Shown: in pieces, positions 10,731 to 20,129 of the stretch
How the letters are laid out: every line of letters starts with the position of its first letter
How positions within the stretch are numbered: position 1 is the first letter of the stretch
From: Filomicrobium sp.
GTDB taxonomy: Bacteria; Pseudomonadota; Alphaproteobacteria; Rhizobiales; Hyphomicrobiaceae
Reading direction: 5' to 3'
Assembly (NCBI GenBank): GCA_965226995.1
Contig: CBDDFK010000009.1
Location: 27,699 to 91,698 of the forward strand
DNA: 64,000 bases
Translations under genes and position numbers: made by a program
Notes under the pieces: model-generated
Told to the model about the DNA's origin: nothing
Databases searched by the model: none
What the model saw: only the letters and a program-made list of their open reading frames with translations

Positions 10731-11873
10731 CTAATCCGGCGCGTTCTTCTGTCCGCTCTGCGCATTCTGCTGTGTTTGCGATTGCGACTGCGACTGCGAT
10801 GACGTCGCACTTCCCCCAGGGCCCGATCCACTAAGCGCACCCGGATCCTCAGCCGGTTCGACCACCCAGTCAGGCTGCTCGTCTTCCCCGTCGGCATCCT
10901 GGACAACCCGAGACGGTGCCGGCTCCATCTCGAAGTAGCTTTCCGCCAGATCGTTCGAAAGCGCGATCAACTGACGTTGCATACCGTCGTTGAAGTGATG
11001 CAGATGCGGAATGAGCCCCGGATCGTTCTGCGCCAGATGCAGCATGTCCTGCAGGTCGGATAGCCGCTTTAGAAGAGGCGTTGGCGTCGGCACGTTGCAG
11101 GTGTTGCGGAGCTCCTGTGTCGCCCGCTCGATCTCGCCGATGCAGTACGCCAGAGACCGCGCGAAGCTCTGTTCGAAGATCAGGAAGCGCGCGACGTTTT
11201 CAGGTTGCAGCGGCCCCGAGACGAGGCGCCGGTAGGCGTGATGGCCGCCGCACGCCCGCAGCAGCATCGTCCAGTGCGTGAAATCTCCCAGCACCGGTCC
11301 ATCGCCGGCCACCGCTCCGGTTTTCAACTGTGCGAAGCGGACGTCGAGCAGCCGGCTCATCTGATCGGCACGCTCGATCTCGCGGCCGAGAAGAAAGAAC
11401 CGCCAGCCGGCGTCCCGGTAGAGCGTTGCTTCGGAAATGCCGAAAAGCGCATAGCAATCGACCTGCACCGCTTCGCAAGTCGCCGCCAGCCGTGTCTCGC
11501 GTAATCCAGCTTCCGGGAGCTCCTTGATGCGCCGGTGCGCCCGGTTCACTTGTGTCCAGAAGTCGGTGGAGATCATCGCGCGCAGCGCGCGGGCATTAGC
11601 CTTGGCGGCCTCCAGCGAACACAGGATTGAACCGTGGTGTTCGGGATCGTTGAAGAAGTACCGGATGACGCTGCGCGCATCGGCGGTCTCGTAACGGCCG
11701 TTGAAGTCGTCGGCTTCGTCGTAGAGGGCCAGCAGCCATGCCCAGCTTTCCGTCTCCGTGCGCCCGCGATCGAAGGCGGTCTGCACGAGAAGAATACGGG
11801 CAAGCGATGCCGTTCGTTCGATGTATCGGCCGAGCCAGAAAAGAGCATCGGCCTGGCGTGCCAAGAGATTCAT
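10731..11873 (-). CDS. alpha-E domain protein
   Basis: N-terminus MNLLARQADALFWLGRYIERTASLARIL is typical of the alpha-E (former DUF403) family. The ATG directly abuts the TAA of the upstream ATP-grasp gene. The C-terminal tail has a QSQSQSQ repeat. Confidence 0.85.
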   Translation of the reverse strand: MNLLARQADALFWLGRYIERTASLARILLVQTAFDRGRTETESWAWLLALYDEADDFNGRYETADARSVIRYFFNDPEHHGSILCSLEAAKANARALRAMISTDFWTQVNRAHRRIKELPEAGLRETRLAATCEAVQVDCYALFGISEATLYRDAGWRFFLLGREIERADQMSRLLDVRFAQLKTGAVAGDGPVLGDFTHWTMLLRACGGHHAYRRLVSGPLQPENVARFLIFEQSFARSLAYCIGEIERATQELRNTCNVPTPTPLLKRLSDLQDMLHLAQNDPGLIPHLHHFNDGMQRQLIALSNDLAESYFEMEPAPSRVVQDADGEDEQPDWVVEPAEDPGALSGSGPGGSATSSQSQSQSQTQQNAQSGQKNAPD

Positions 11874-13424
11874 TTAGGCGACCTGACCGGTTTGCGATTG
11901 CGATTGGCTTTGCGTCGAGCCCCCGGCGGAAGGACCGCGCGCCTTGTCGGATGTCGCGGTCACGACCCAGGTATCCTTGGTGCCGCCGCCTTGGGACGAG
12001 TTGACGACGATCGAGCCCTTCTTCAGCGCAACGCGGGTCAAACCGCCAGGCAGCACCCAGGTGTCTTCGCCGGTGACCGCGAACGGCCGTAGATCGACGT
12101 GCCGGGGGGCAACGCCTTCGTCGGTCAGCGTCGGACAGACGGAGAGCTGAATCATCGGCTGCGAGATGAACTTTTCAGGCGACTTCTGCAGCGATGCGCG
12201 GATCGACTCGAGTTCCGCTTTTGTCGCCTTAGGGCCGATCACGATACCGTAGCCCCCGGATTCGCCGACCGGCTTCACGACGAGCTGGTCGAGATTGTCG
12301 AGCGTATACTTGAGGCCGTCCGCATCGCGGCAGATATGGGTCTCGACGTTGGCAAGGATCGGATCCTCGCCGAGGAAGTAACGGATGATCGCCGGCATGT
12401 AGGCATAAACGGCCTTGTCGTCGGCAACGCCGGTGCCCGGCGCATTCGCGATGGTGACATTGCCGGCGCGCAGGCACGACATGATGCCCGGCACACCCAA
12501 AAGGCTATCGGGATTGAAGACTTCCGGATCGAGGAAATCGTCATCGACGCGGCGGTAGACGACATCGACAGGCTGCAGGCCGGTGATCGTCTTTGCGAAG
12601 AGCTTCTCATCGAGCACCACGAGGTCGCGGCCTTCCACGAGAGGCACGCCCATCTCGCGGGCCAGGAAGATGTGCTCGTAATAGGCGGAATTGAACACGC
12701 CCGGCGACAGCAGAACGATTTGCGGATTGTCGCAATGCGCCGGCGCGGTCTCGACCAGCTTTTCGCGCAGGCGCTGACCGTACTCGGAGACATCGAGCAC
12801 GTTGAAGCCTTCCAGAAGATCCGGAAACGCCCTTTGCATCAGATGCCGGTTCTCGACCACGTAGGAGACGCCCGACGGCGTACGGGCATTGTCCTCCAGG
12901 ACGTAGAAGTCACCGTCCCGCCCGCGGACGAGGTCGATGCCAGCGATATTGACATAAGTCCCGTGACGAAGAATGACGCCCGCCATCTCAGGCCGGTAAT
13001 TCGCGTTCCCCAGCACCAGCTCGGCCGGGATGATGCCGTCTTTCAGCACCTTCTGACCGTCGTAGATGTCGGCGAGGAAAAGGTTCAGCGCTTTGACGCG
13101 TTGCTTTACACCGCGATCGATCGTGTCCCATTCACTCGCGGTCAGCACCCGGGGGATCACATCGAAAGGCAGCGTGCGGTCGATGGCATCGCGGTCGGAA
13201 TAGACCGTGAAAGTAACGCCGCGTTCGTAGAGATCGTGCAGCGCATCAGCAGCGCGCGCCGTGAGATCGGAGAGCGGAAACTGCTCCAGGCGCTGCCAGA
13301 ATTCAATCAGCCGGGGCCGGTCTTCCACGCCGTCGCCCATCAGTTCGCAGAACGCATCTCCCGGTCGGTAGTTCTCCAGAAGAGCTGGTTCCGATGGGTT
13401 TCTGAACGCGCTGAGCTGGGCCAT
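11874..13424 (-). CDS. circularly permuted type-2 ATP-grasp protein
   Basis: 516-aa ORF with clear codon bias. It is collinear with the N-terminal half of the 884-aa fusion protein and sits in the canonical position upstream of alpha-E. The C-terminal tail has a QSQSQSQ repeat. Confidence 0.85.
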   Translation of the reverse strand: MAQLSAFRNPSEPALLENYRPGDAFCELMGDGVEDRPRLIEFWQRLEQFPLSDLTARAADALHDLYERGVTFTVYSDRDAIDRTLPFDVIPRVLTASEWDTIDRGVKQRVKALNLFLADIYDGQKVLKDGIIPAELVLGNANYRPEMAGVILRHGTYVNIAGIDLVRGRDGDFYVLEDNARTPSGVSYVVENRHLMQRAFPDLLEGFNVLDVSEYGQRLREKLVETAPAHCDNPQIVLLSPGVFNSAYYEHIFLAREMGVPLVEGRDLVVLDEKLFAKTITGLQPVDVVYRRVDDDFLDPEVFNPDSLLGVPGIMSCLRAGNVTIANAPGTGVADDKAVYAYMPAIIRYFLGEDPILANVETHICRDADGLKYTLDNLDQLVVKPVGESGGYGIVIGPKATKAELESIRASLQKSPEKFISQPMIQLSVCPTLTDEGVAPRHVDLRPFAVTGEDTWVLPGGLTRVALKKGSIVVNSSQGGGTKDTWVVTATSDKARGPSAGGSTQSQSQSQTGQVA

Positions 13425-13640
13425 GGAAGTGCGGGTTCCTTCGAGCTAGGTCCTTGAATCGATCTTAGGAGGAATCTCCTGCGATGCCAGGAGAAGCGCA
13501 AGTGCGAAAGCTGCCCAAAATATAGGCGCATTGCACAGCTTTCGATTTCTTGAAACGCGACCGGGGCGTTATTGTTCCGCGGGCTGCCGGACATTCCGTG
13601 CCCGCGCGCCCCGGCGCCAAACTCGTTTCGTGCCGGGATC

Positions 13641-13689
13641 AAAAAAGCCGCGCCGATCCCGGTTGGCAAATCCGGGAATTCGGCACGGC
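13641..13689 (-). terminator. rho-independent terminator after the secreted repeat-protein gene
   Basis: On the minus strand, GCCGTGCCGA...TCGGCGCGGC forms a stem enclosing an inner hairpin. It is followed by TTTTTT and lies 55 nt downstream of the stop at 13744. Confidence 0.6.
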
Positions 13690-13743
13690 TTGGATCGTGT
13701 TTCAAACGTTTCGACGACACCCGTCCGGGTGAAGCCGATACGA

Positions 13744-15114
13744 TCAGCGGGCGCGGCGCCCCCAGATTTCGACTTCCGCACGCGGACCGTTGCCGAACGT
13801 CTCCGTAACCAGAATGATCTGAACGACCTTCCGGCCTTTTTCGCCCCTAAGATCGATCGGATCGGTGGACGTACCCTCGTGGATACGCCGTTTGACGTCC
13901 ACCTCGTGGGATTTTCCGTTCCCGTACTTCACCTGCATCATGTGTACTTCGACGCCGTTGTCGATGACACGCAAGCGAAGAGCATCATAACGGTCGTTCT
14001 CGCGGATGTTGAAAGTATCGCGGTCCCGGGTACGGTTGGTCCGTTTCGAGGCGATTTTCTCCCAGGCCGGGCCGAACCCTGTACCGTGGGTTTTCCGGTT
14101 ACCGGAATTGCGTGCCCAAACGGCGACCTTGGCCCGCGGTCCGCGTCCTACGGTGCCGTATTCCATGGTGATGCGATCGATGAACCTGCCCTTGCGGCCG
14201 CTGAGCTCCAGAATGTTGGTGTCGTCGCCTTCGCGGAGGCGGCGGTTGACCTTGAGGTTTTCCTCGCTTCCGTTGCCATATTTCACGGTGACGGAACGCA
14301 AGATCACATCGTTATTCTCGGCACTGAAGCGAATGGCATCATACCGTCCTTCATCTTTTCCAAGACGGATCACATCGCGGTCGTTCCGCCGGTCCACGCT
14401 ATTGCTTTCGACCAGTTCCCAGCGCGCGCCGAAATCGCTGGCGACAGTTTTCTTTCCGCGCAACGCAACCCGGTCACGGCCGCGATCCCGATCGCCGGTT
14501 TTTCTAACTTCGATACCCTGGCGCCCCCCGATGCGGATCTGAAAGCCCAGCTTATCGCTGCCGAAAATAAAGGCTCCGTCGTTATCGTCGCGGCGGGCCC
14601 AATCGCGGCGATCGCCGTATTCGCAGCGCTCCTCCAACTCAGTGATCGTGTTGTAGGAATTATTGAGCGGGAACTTGTAGTCTGGTCCCCGAGCGGCGAT
14701 GTCGATCGCCAAGACCCTGCCGCTCTTCATGTCCTCGATAAGTCGCGGGGTCGCGCGGCGCTCCTTGACGCGCCAGACTTCGCCGACGATACGATCGCGG
14801 TCGCGAACGAAAGTCACGTCGGGCCCTCTCCCATCGACTTCGATCTCGCCCTCGCGTTCATCGCCGCGGCCGCGCGGCTCCCAGCCGGTAATCCCGACCT
14901 GAAGCCTTTTGTCAGGCCCGCTGCAATAGACCACCGCGCAAACGCGCTGCCGCCGGATTTCGCTACAGATCTGCGCCGAGCCTCCGCCGCGCTCGCGGTC
15001 GAATTCCCAACGTTGCGATTGTGCCGAAGCGGTCCCGGAGCCGGCGACCACGCCCGCGGTCAAAGCCAGCACCGCTCCCATGAGGGATGGCAGTGCGGTT
15101 CCATTCGTAGCCAT
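13744..15114 (-). CDS. secreted Arg/Asp-rich protein with two C-terminal tandem domain repeats, function unknown
   Basis: ATG at 15114 is preceded by GGGAGAG. Signal peptide ends ...AGSGTASAQ. Two about 110-aa repeats share the pattern RYDA(I/L)R...VKYGNG...V.RR(L/I).EG...L.G.KGR...GPRA.V..W.R. Confidence 0.6.
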   Translation of the reverse strand: MATNGTALPSLMGAVLALTAGVVAGSGTASAQSQRWEFDRERGGGSAQICSEIRRQRVCAVVYCSGPDKRLQVGITGWEPRGRGDEREGEIEVDGRGPDVTFVRDRDRIVGEVWRVKERRATPRLIEDMKSGRVLAIDIAARGPDYKFPLNNSYNTITELEERCEYGDRRDWARRDDNDGAFIFGSDKLGFQIRIGGRQGIEVRKTGDRDRGRDRVALRGKKTVASDFGARWELVESNSVDRRNDRDVIRLGKDEGRYDAIRFSAENNDVILRSVTVKYGNGSEENLKVNRRLREGDDTNILELSGRKGRFIDRITMEYGTVGRGPRAKVAVWARNSGNRKTHGTGFGPAWEKIASKRTNRTRDRDTFNIRENDRYDALRLRVIDNGVEVHMMQVKYGNGKSHEVDVKRRIHEGTSTDPIDLRGEKGRKVVQIILVTETFGNGPRAEVEIWGRRAR

Positions 15115-15465
15115 GCGTGTCTCTCCCTGTTGAGCCTTCATGCTCGATAGCGCTTGTTTGTGTCATGATCATCGAGCAGTGCGAAGAAAACTCAGAATAG
15201 AGATTACTCTTTCTCTTCAAAATCAAGCACAAACAGGGCGGCGCAGGGCGCTGCGCCGGCCAGATTAAACCAATCCCACTTGGGAAATCGCGAGAGCGCC
15301 TCTCATGTCCCCATTCCGAAGCTCGCCGTCGTTTGCGGCTTGCAGCGGGAGCAAACTTCTAAAATTAAAAGACAAAGCACAATCAATGACTTGTTGGTGT
15401 GGCTCAGATCGAGAAATTCGCTCCCGGACGGGCATTGAATGTCGTCGAGTTCCGCGATGACCACG

Positions 15466-18135
15466 CTAAGGCCGCTCGACGAAGTCGGCGGCGACACGCT
15501 TCTCGCCGGCCTTCTCGAAGTCGATGGTCAGCTTGTTGCCGTCCACCTGGGTAATCTGCCCATAGCCGAACTTCTGATGGAAAATGCGTTCGCCCTTGCG
15601 GAAATCCGTTTCGATGGTCGACGCCGCCACAAGTTCGCCCTCAATGGTCAGCGGCGCGCGGGCGTCAGCCCCCCCGCTCGAACGCGGCCCTTTGGGCTTG
15701 GACTTCTTCTTCAACGCCTGTTCGGTCTCCGCAGCCCAGGCCTGCGCCCGTTTCCAACCCGGCGTGTCGTAGCTGCCTGAGTTGGACGCGCCTCGCTCCT
15801 GCCACTCGGCGTCTTGCGCGGCACGGTCGAAACGGCTCTGACCGTACGGATTCCCGAACCGGCTGGAAGTGGCGGTTCGCGTCAAAGGATGTGAAAACGG
15901 CGAGGACGCCTCTTTCACGTCGACATGCGCCTCGGGCAGTTCGTCGACGAAGCGGGACGGAAGTGCTGACTGATAGAGCCCGCGGTTGCGGCGGTTCTGC
16001 GTGAACGAGACGTGTGCGTTCTTCTTTGCCCGGGTCAGCCCAACGTAAGCCAACCGGCGCTCTTCCTCGAGCCCGGCCTTGCCGGATTCATCCAACGTCC
16101 GCTGACTGGGAAACAGTCCCTCCTCCCAGCCGGTGAGAAACACCGTATCGAACTCCAGGCCCTTGGCGGCGTGTAGCGTCATGATGGAGACCCTGTCCCC
16201 GTCATTGGCCTTGTCGGCGTCCATGACAAGTGACACGTGCTCCAGGAAGCCGGCCAGCGACTCGAACTCGTGCATGAAGCGAACGAGTTCCTTGAGGTTT
16301 TCCAGCCGCGACTGCGCCTGTGGGCTCTTGTCGTTCTGCCACATCGCCGTGTAGCCGGACTCGTCCAGGATCAGTTCCGCGAGTTCGGTATGCGCCATAT
16401 CGGGCAGTTGTTTCCGCCAGCGGTCGAAATAGCCCAGAAGCTGCGACAGCGAACGCCGCGCCTTGCCGGAAATATCGTCCGTCTCGACCATCATCCGCGC
16501 GCCCTGGAACAATGACACGCCACGCGCCATCGCCAGTTCGCGGATGCGTTTCACCGACGTGTCGCCGATGCCGCGCTTCGGCACGTTGACGATGCGCTCG
16601 AACTTGAGATCATTGTCGGGATTGAGCACCAGTTCGAAGTAGGCGATGGCGTCCTTGATCTCGGCGCGCTCATAGAACCGCGGCCCCCCGATCACCCGGT
16701 ACGGCATCCCGGTGGTGATGAACCGGTCTTCCAGAACGCGCATCTGGTAGGACGCGCGCACCAGGATGGCGATCTCGTTCAAGGCATGCCCGTCGCGGCG
16801 CAGCGCCTCGATGTCGTCAGCCACCGTGCGCGCTTCTTCCTCGTCGTCCCAAAGTCCCGTTACCGAGACCTTCTCGCCCGGCGCGCCATCGGTGAACAGC
16901 GTTTTGCCGAGCCGGTCTTCGTTCTCCGCGATAAGGTGGGAGGCTGCCGCCAGGATGTGCCCGGTCGAACGGTAATTGCGCTCCAGCCGGATGACGGTCG
17001 CGCCGGGAAAGTCGTTCTCGAAGCGCAGGATGTTGTCCACCTCGGCCCCCCGCCAGCCGTAGATCGACTGGTCGTCATCCCCCACGCAGCAAAGGTTGAC
17101 CGATCCCGCAGCGCCGGTGCGCTGAGACAGCAGCCGCAGCCACATGTACTGCGCGACGTTGGTGTCCTGGTACTCATCGACGAGGATGTAGCGGAACCGG
17201 TCGTGATATTGCGCCAGGACGTCCGGGTTCTCCAGGAAAAGCCGCAGCGACTCCAAGAGAAGGTCGCCGAAATCGCAGGCGTTGAGGTCCTTCAGCCGCC
17301 GCTGATACGCCGCATAAAGGTCGCGCCCCTTGCCGGCGGCGAAGCCATAGGCCTCATTCCCCGGCACCTTTTCCGGCGTCAGCCCGCGGTTCTTCCAGCT
17401 ATCGATCAGCGCGGCGAGTTGCCGGGCGGGCCAGCGGTCCTTGTCGAGCCCTTCCGCCTCGATCACCTGCTTCATCAGACGAAGCTGGTCGTCCATGTCG
17501 AGGATCGTGAAGCCCGACTTGAGCCCGACCAGTTCAGCATGGCGGCGCAGGATCTTGACCCCGATGGAGTGGAACGTCCCAAGCCAGGGCATCCCCTCGA
17601 CGCTATCGCCGACGTAGCCCTCCACGCGCTCCTTCATCTCGCGCGCCGCCTTGTTGGTGAACGTCACCGCAAGGATCTGCGAGGGCCAGGCCCGCCCGGT
17701 CGCCAGGATGTGGGCGATACGGGTTGTAAGGACACGTGTTTTTCCGGTGCCGGCGCCCGCAAGCACCAGTACCGGCCCGTCGAGCGTTTCCACGGCAAGC
17801 CGCTGCTCGGGGTTGAGCTTTTCGAGATAATCGAGATCCGCCGCGCTTGGTGGCGAAGGACGGCGCGCAGCCAGGGCCCGCTCGGATATGGACCCGCCTG
17901 ACCGCGGCGGCGGAGCCGGCTCGACCGGACCGGCGTCATAGGGAAACGGCGGCTCTTCCAGCCCGGAAGGGGCCTGCGCCTCTTCCGCCCGCGCGGGATT
18001 ATCCGGCAGGTCGAACGGAATGTCGTCCGCGCCAGCCGCCTCGTCCGCTTCTGTCGGATCGTAAGGCTCGTGCGCGTCGAACGGCAGCTCCGGCGCATCG
18101 GCAGCCGGCTTGCGGGATTTTCGATTCGTTTTCAT
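15466..18135 (-). CDS. uvrD: ATP-dependent DNA helicase, UvrD/PcrA/Rep family
   Basis: Motifs LNPEQRLAVE, VLAGAGTGKTRVLT, ILVDEYQDTN, VGDDDQSIYGWRGA and TLHAAKGLEF. Confidence 0.9.
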   Translation of the reverse strand: MKTNRKSRKPAADAPELPFDAHEPYDPTEADEAAGADDIPFDLPDNPARAEEAQAPSGLEEPPFPYDAGPVEPAPPPRSGGSISERALAARRPSPPSAADLDYLEKLNPEQRLAVETLDGPVLVLAGAGTGKTRVLTTRIAHILATGRAWPSQILAVTFTNKAAREMKERVEGYVGDSVEGMPWLGTFHSIGVKILRRHAELVGLKSGFTILDMDDQLRLMKQVIEAEGLDKDRWPARQLAALIDSWKNRGLTPEKVPGNEAYGFAAGKGRDLYAAYQRRLKDLNACDFGDLLLESLRLFLENPDVLAQYHDRFRYILVDEYQDTNVAQYMWLRLLSQRTGAAGSVNLCCVGDDDQSIYGWRGAEVDNILRFENDFPGATVIRLERNYRSTGHILAAASHLIAENEDRLGKTLFTDGAPGEKVSVTGLWDDEEEARTVADDIEALRRDGHALNEIAILVRASYQMRVLEDRFITTGMPYRVIGGPRFYERAEIKDAIAYFELVLNPDNDLKFERIVNVPKRGIGDTSVKRIRELAMARGVSLFQGARMMVETDDISGKARRSLSQLLGYFDRWRKQLPDMAHTELAELILDESGYTAMWQNDKSPQAQSRLENLKELVRFMHEFESLAGFLEHVSLVMDADKANDGDRVSIMTLHAAKGLEFDTVFLTGWEEGLFPSQRTLDESGKAGLEEERRLAYVGLTRAKKNAHVSFTQNRRNRGLYQSALPSRFVDELPEAHVDVKEASSPFSHPLTRTATSSRFGNPYGQSRFDRAAQDAEWQERGASNSGSYDTPGWKRAQAWAAETEQALKKKSKPKGPRSSGGADARAPLTIEGELVAASTIETDFRKGERIFHQKFGYGQITQVDGNKLTIDFEKAGEKRVAADFVERP

Positions 18136-18440
18136 GCGCCAACTATATCAGCGTTTCCAGGCGTTAGCGGGGCAGCACGGCACCGGTCCACAACCCGGCG
18201 GCAGTCAGGCGCGGCGGCGCGCAGTCGTAATGTGCCCGGTTCGGCGGGCCATTGCCTTCACGGGCCTCTCACACACCCGGCAAACCAATTGATTTGCCTG
18301 CTTCCGAACGCCCGCTTACCACAGTCCCGGCCCGTCTTTCTCAAAGGGGAGCAGACGGGCTGGCGCCGCTCCGATCCGCAGCCGGCCGATGGCATGCGAC
18401 GTCGAACCGCTCCGCTCCACGTTTTTACGCGAGAAGCCCC

Positions 18441-19982
18441 ATGACCGACCTCGATTGGTTCAGCCTCTTCACCATGAAGGGGATCAACTTCATCTCCTCC
18501 CTTTTCGTTCTCGCGGTCGGTCTTCTGGCGCTCCTCGTGGTCGTGCTGTTCATTATAGACGTCACCCAGACCCACGACGCCGTGCGCCGCAACTATCCCG
18601 TCATCGGCCGCTTCCGCTACCTGTTCTCCGCGCTCGGTGAGTTCTTCCGCCAGTACTTCTTCGCCATGGACCGCGAGGAGATGCCCTTCAACCGGGCGCA
18701 ACGCGAGTGGGTCTACCGTTCCGCGGAAGGCTCCGACAACACCGTGGCGTTCGGCTCCACGCAAACGCTGACGCCCACCGGCACCGTGATCTTCGTCAAC
18801 TGCCCCTTCCCGACACTCGACGAGGACGCCTCGCCCGCCCCCAATGTCGTGATCGGCAAGGGCTGTCCCAACCCCTACGAGCCGCAATCGATCATCAATA
18901 TCTCCGGCATGAGCTACGGCGCGCTGTCCCGGCCGGCGGTGAAAGCGCTGTCGAAGGGCGCCGCAATGGCCAACTGCTGGCTGAATACCGGCGAAGGCGG
19001 GCTCTCCCCCTGGCATCTTGAAGGCGGCTGCGATCTCGTCGTTCAGATCGGCACGGCCAAATACGGCTGCCGCACACCCGACGGCCGGCTCGATCCCGAG
19101 AAGCTGAAGGCACTCGCCGCGCGGCCCCAGGTCAAGATGTTCGAGCTGAAAATGAGCCAGGGCGCGAAGCCCGGCAAGGGCGGCATCCTGCCCGCCGCGA
19201 AGATCACGCCCGAGATCGCTGAAATCCGCGGCATCCCGGTCGGCCAGCCGTCCATCTCGCCCAATCGCCACCCCGAGATCGACAACGTCGGCCAGCTTCT
19301 CGACATGCTGACGTTCATTCGCGAGACGACCGGCAAGCCCACCGGCTTCAAGACCGTGATCGGGGCCTATGGCTGGCTGGAAACGCTGTGCCGGGAAATC
19401 CACGCCCGTGGCGAGTCCTGTGCGCCGGACTTCATCACCGTGGACGGCGGCGACGGCGGCACGGGCGCGGCCCCCATGGCGCTGATGGATCACGTCGGCC
19501 TGCCGCTGCGCGAAGCCCTGCCGATGGTCGTCGACATTCTCAACCGTTACGGTCTCAAGCAGCGCGTCCGCGTCATCGCCTCCGGCAAGCTCGTCACCCC
19601 CGCCGAAGTAGCCTGGGCGTACTGCACCGGCGCCGACGTCGTCGTCTCGGCGCGCGGGTTCATGTTCGCGCTCGGCTGCATCCAGGCGATGAAGTGCAAC
19701 AAGAACACCTGCCCGACGGGCATCACAACCCATGACCGCCGCCTGCAGCGCGGCCTCGACCCGGCGGACAAGGCGGTGCGGGTCAGCCGCTTCGTCGACG
19801 GCATCCGCAAGGGCGTCGGCACCATCGCGCATTCCTGCGGCGTGCCGCATCCGCGCGCCTTGAAGCGCTTTCATTGCCGCATCGTGCAGGACACCGGCCG
19901 CTCGCTGCCGATGGACGAAATCTACCCGCCCGTGGAGCCGATGGCCGAATACCGCTCGGGCGAACTCGAAGGCGCGGCCTGA
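18441..19982 (+). CDS. FMN-binding glutamate synthase family protein (GltB domain-2-like) with N-terminal TM segment
   Basis: Internal ATG at 18441 (MTDLDWFSLF...). Motifs ISGMSYGALS, NTGEGGLSPWH, KMSQGAKPGKGGILP and DGGDGGTGAAP. Confidence 0.85.
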   Translation: MTDLDWFSLFTMKGINFISSLFVLAVGLLALLVVVLFIIDVTQTHDAVRRNYPVIGRFRYLFSALGEFFRQYFFAMDREEMPFNRAQREWVYRSAEGSDNTVAFGSTQTLTPTGTVIFVNCPFPTLDEDASPAPNVVIGKGCPNPYEPQSIINISGMSYGALSRPAVKALSKGAAMANCWLNTGEGGLSPWHLEGGCDLVVQIGTAKYGCRTPDGRLDPEKLKALAARPQVKMFELKMSQGAKPGKGGILPAAKITPEIAEIRGIPVGQPSISPNRHPEIDNVGQLLDMLTFIRETTGKPTGFKTVIGAYGWLETLCREIHARGESCAPDFITVDGGDGGTGAAPMALMDHVGLPLREALPMVVDILNRYGLKQRVRVIASGKLVTPAEVAWAYCTGADVVVSARGFMFALGCIQAMKCNKNTCPTGITTHDRRLQRGLDPADKAVRVSRFVDGIRKGVGTIAHSCGVPHPRALKRFHCRIVQDTGRSLPMDEIYPPVEPMAEYRSGELEGAA

Positions 19983-20129
19983 CGGGCGCCCGCCTCGCGT
20001 TCTGTCCTGGCCCGGGCCCGGCCATCTCGCCCCTGCCGACCTCCGTCGAAGTGGTTCTCGCGTTTGCAGCATGCTAATCGATGCGCCAAACCGGCACATT
20101 GAAACCGCAACAGCACGCGAGGGCCCGCC

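Noticed and set aside
5003-13457. Long plus-strand ORFs (5003..6913, 7574..9883, 9938..10834, 12099..13457) and the minus-strand 7224..8249 ORF within the ATP-grasp/transglutaminase cluster
   Set aside because: All are antisense or out-of-frame shadows of strongly supported genes. They have Arg/Pro/Gly-rich compositions, no motifs and no plausible ribosome-binding sites.
18136-18440. SOS (LexA) operator upstream of uvrD
   Set aside because: I looked for the alphaproteobacterial GTTC-N7-GTTC / GAAC-N7-GAAC direct repeat. Only isolated GTTC half-sites are present.
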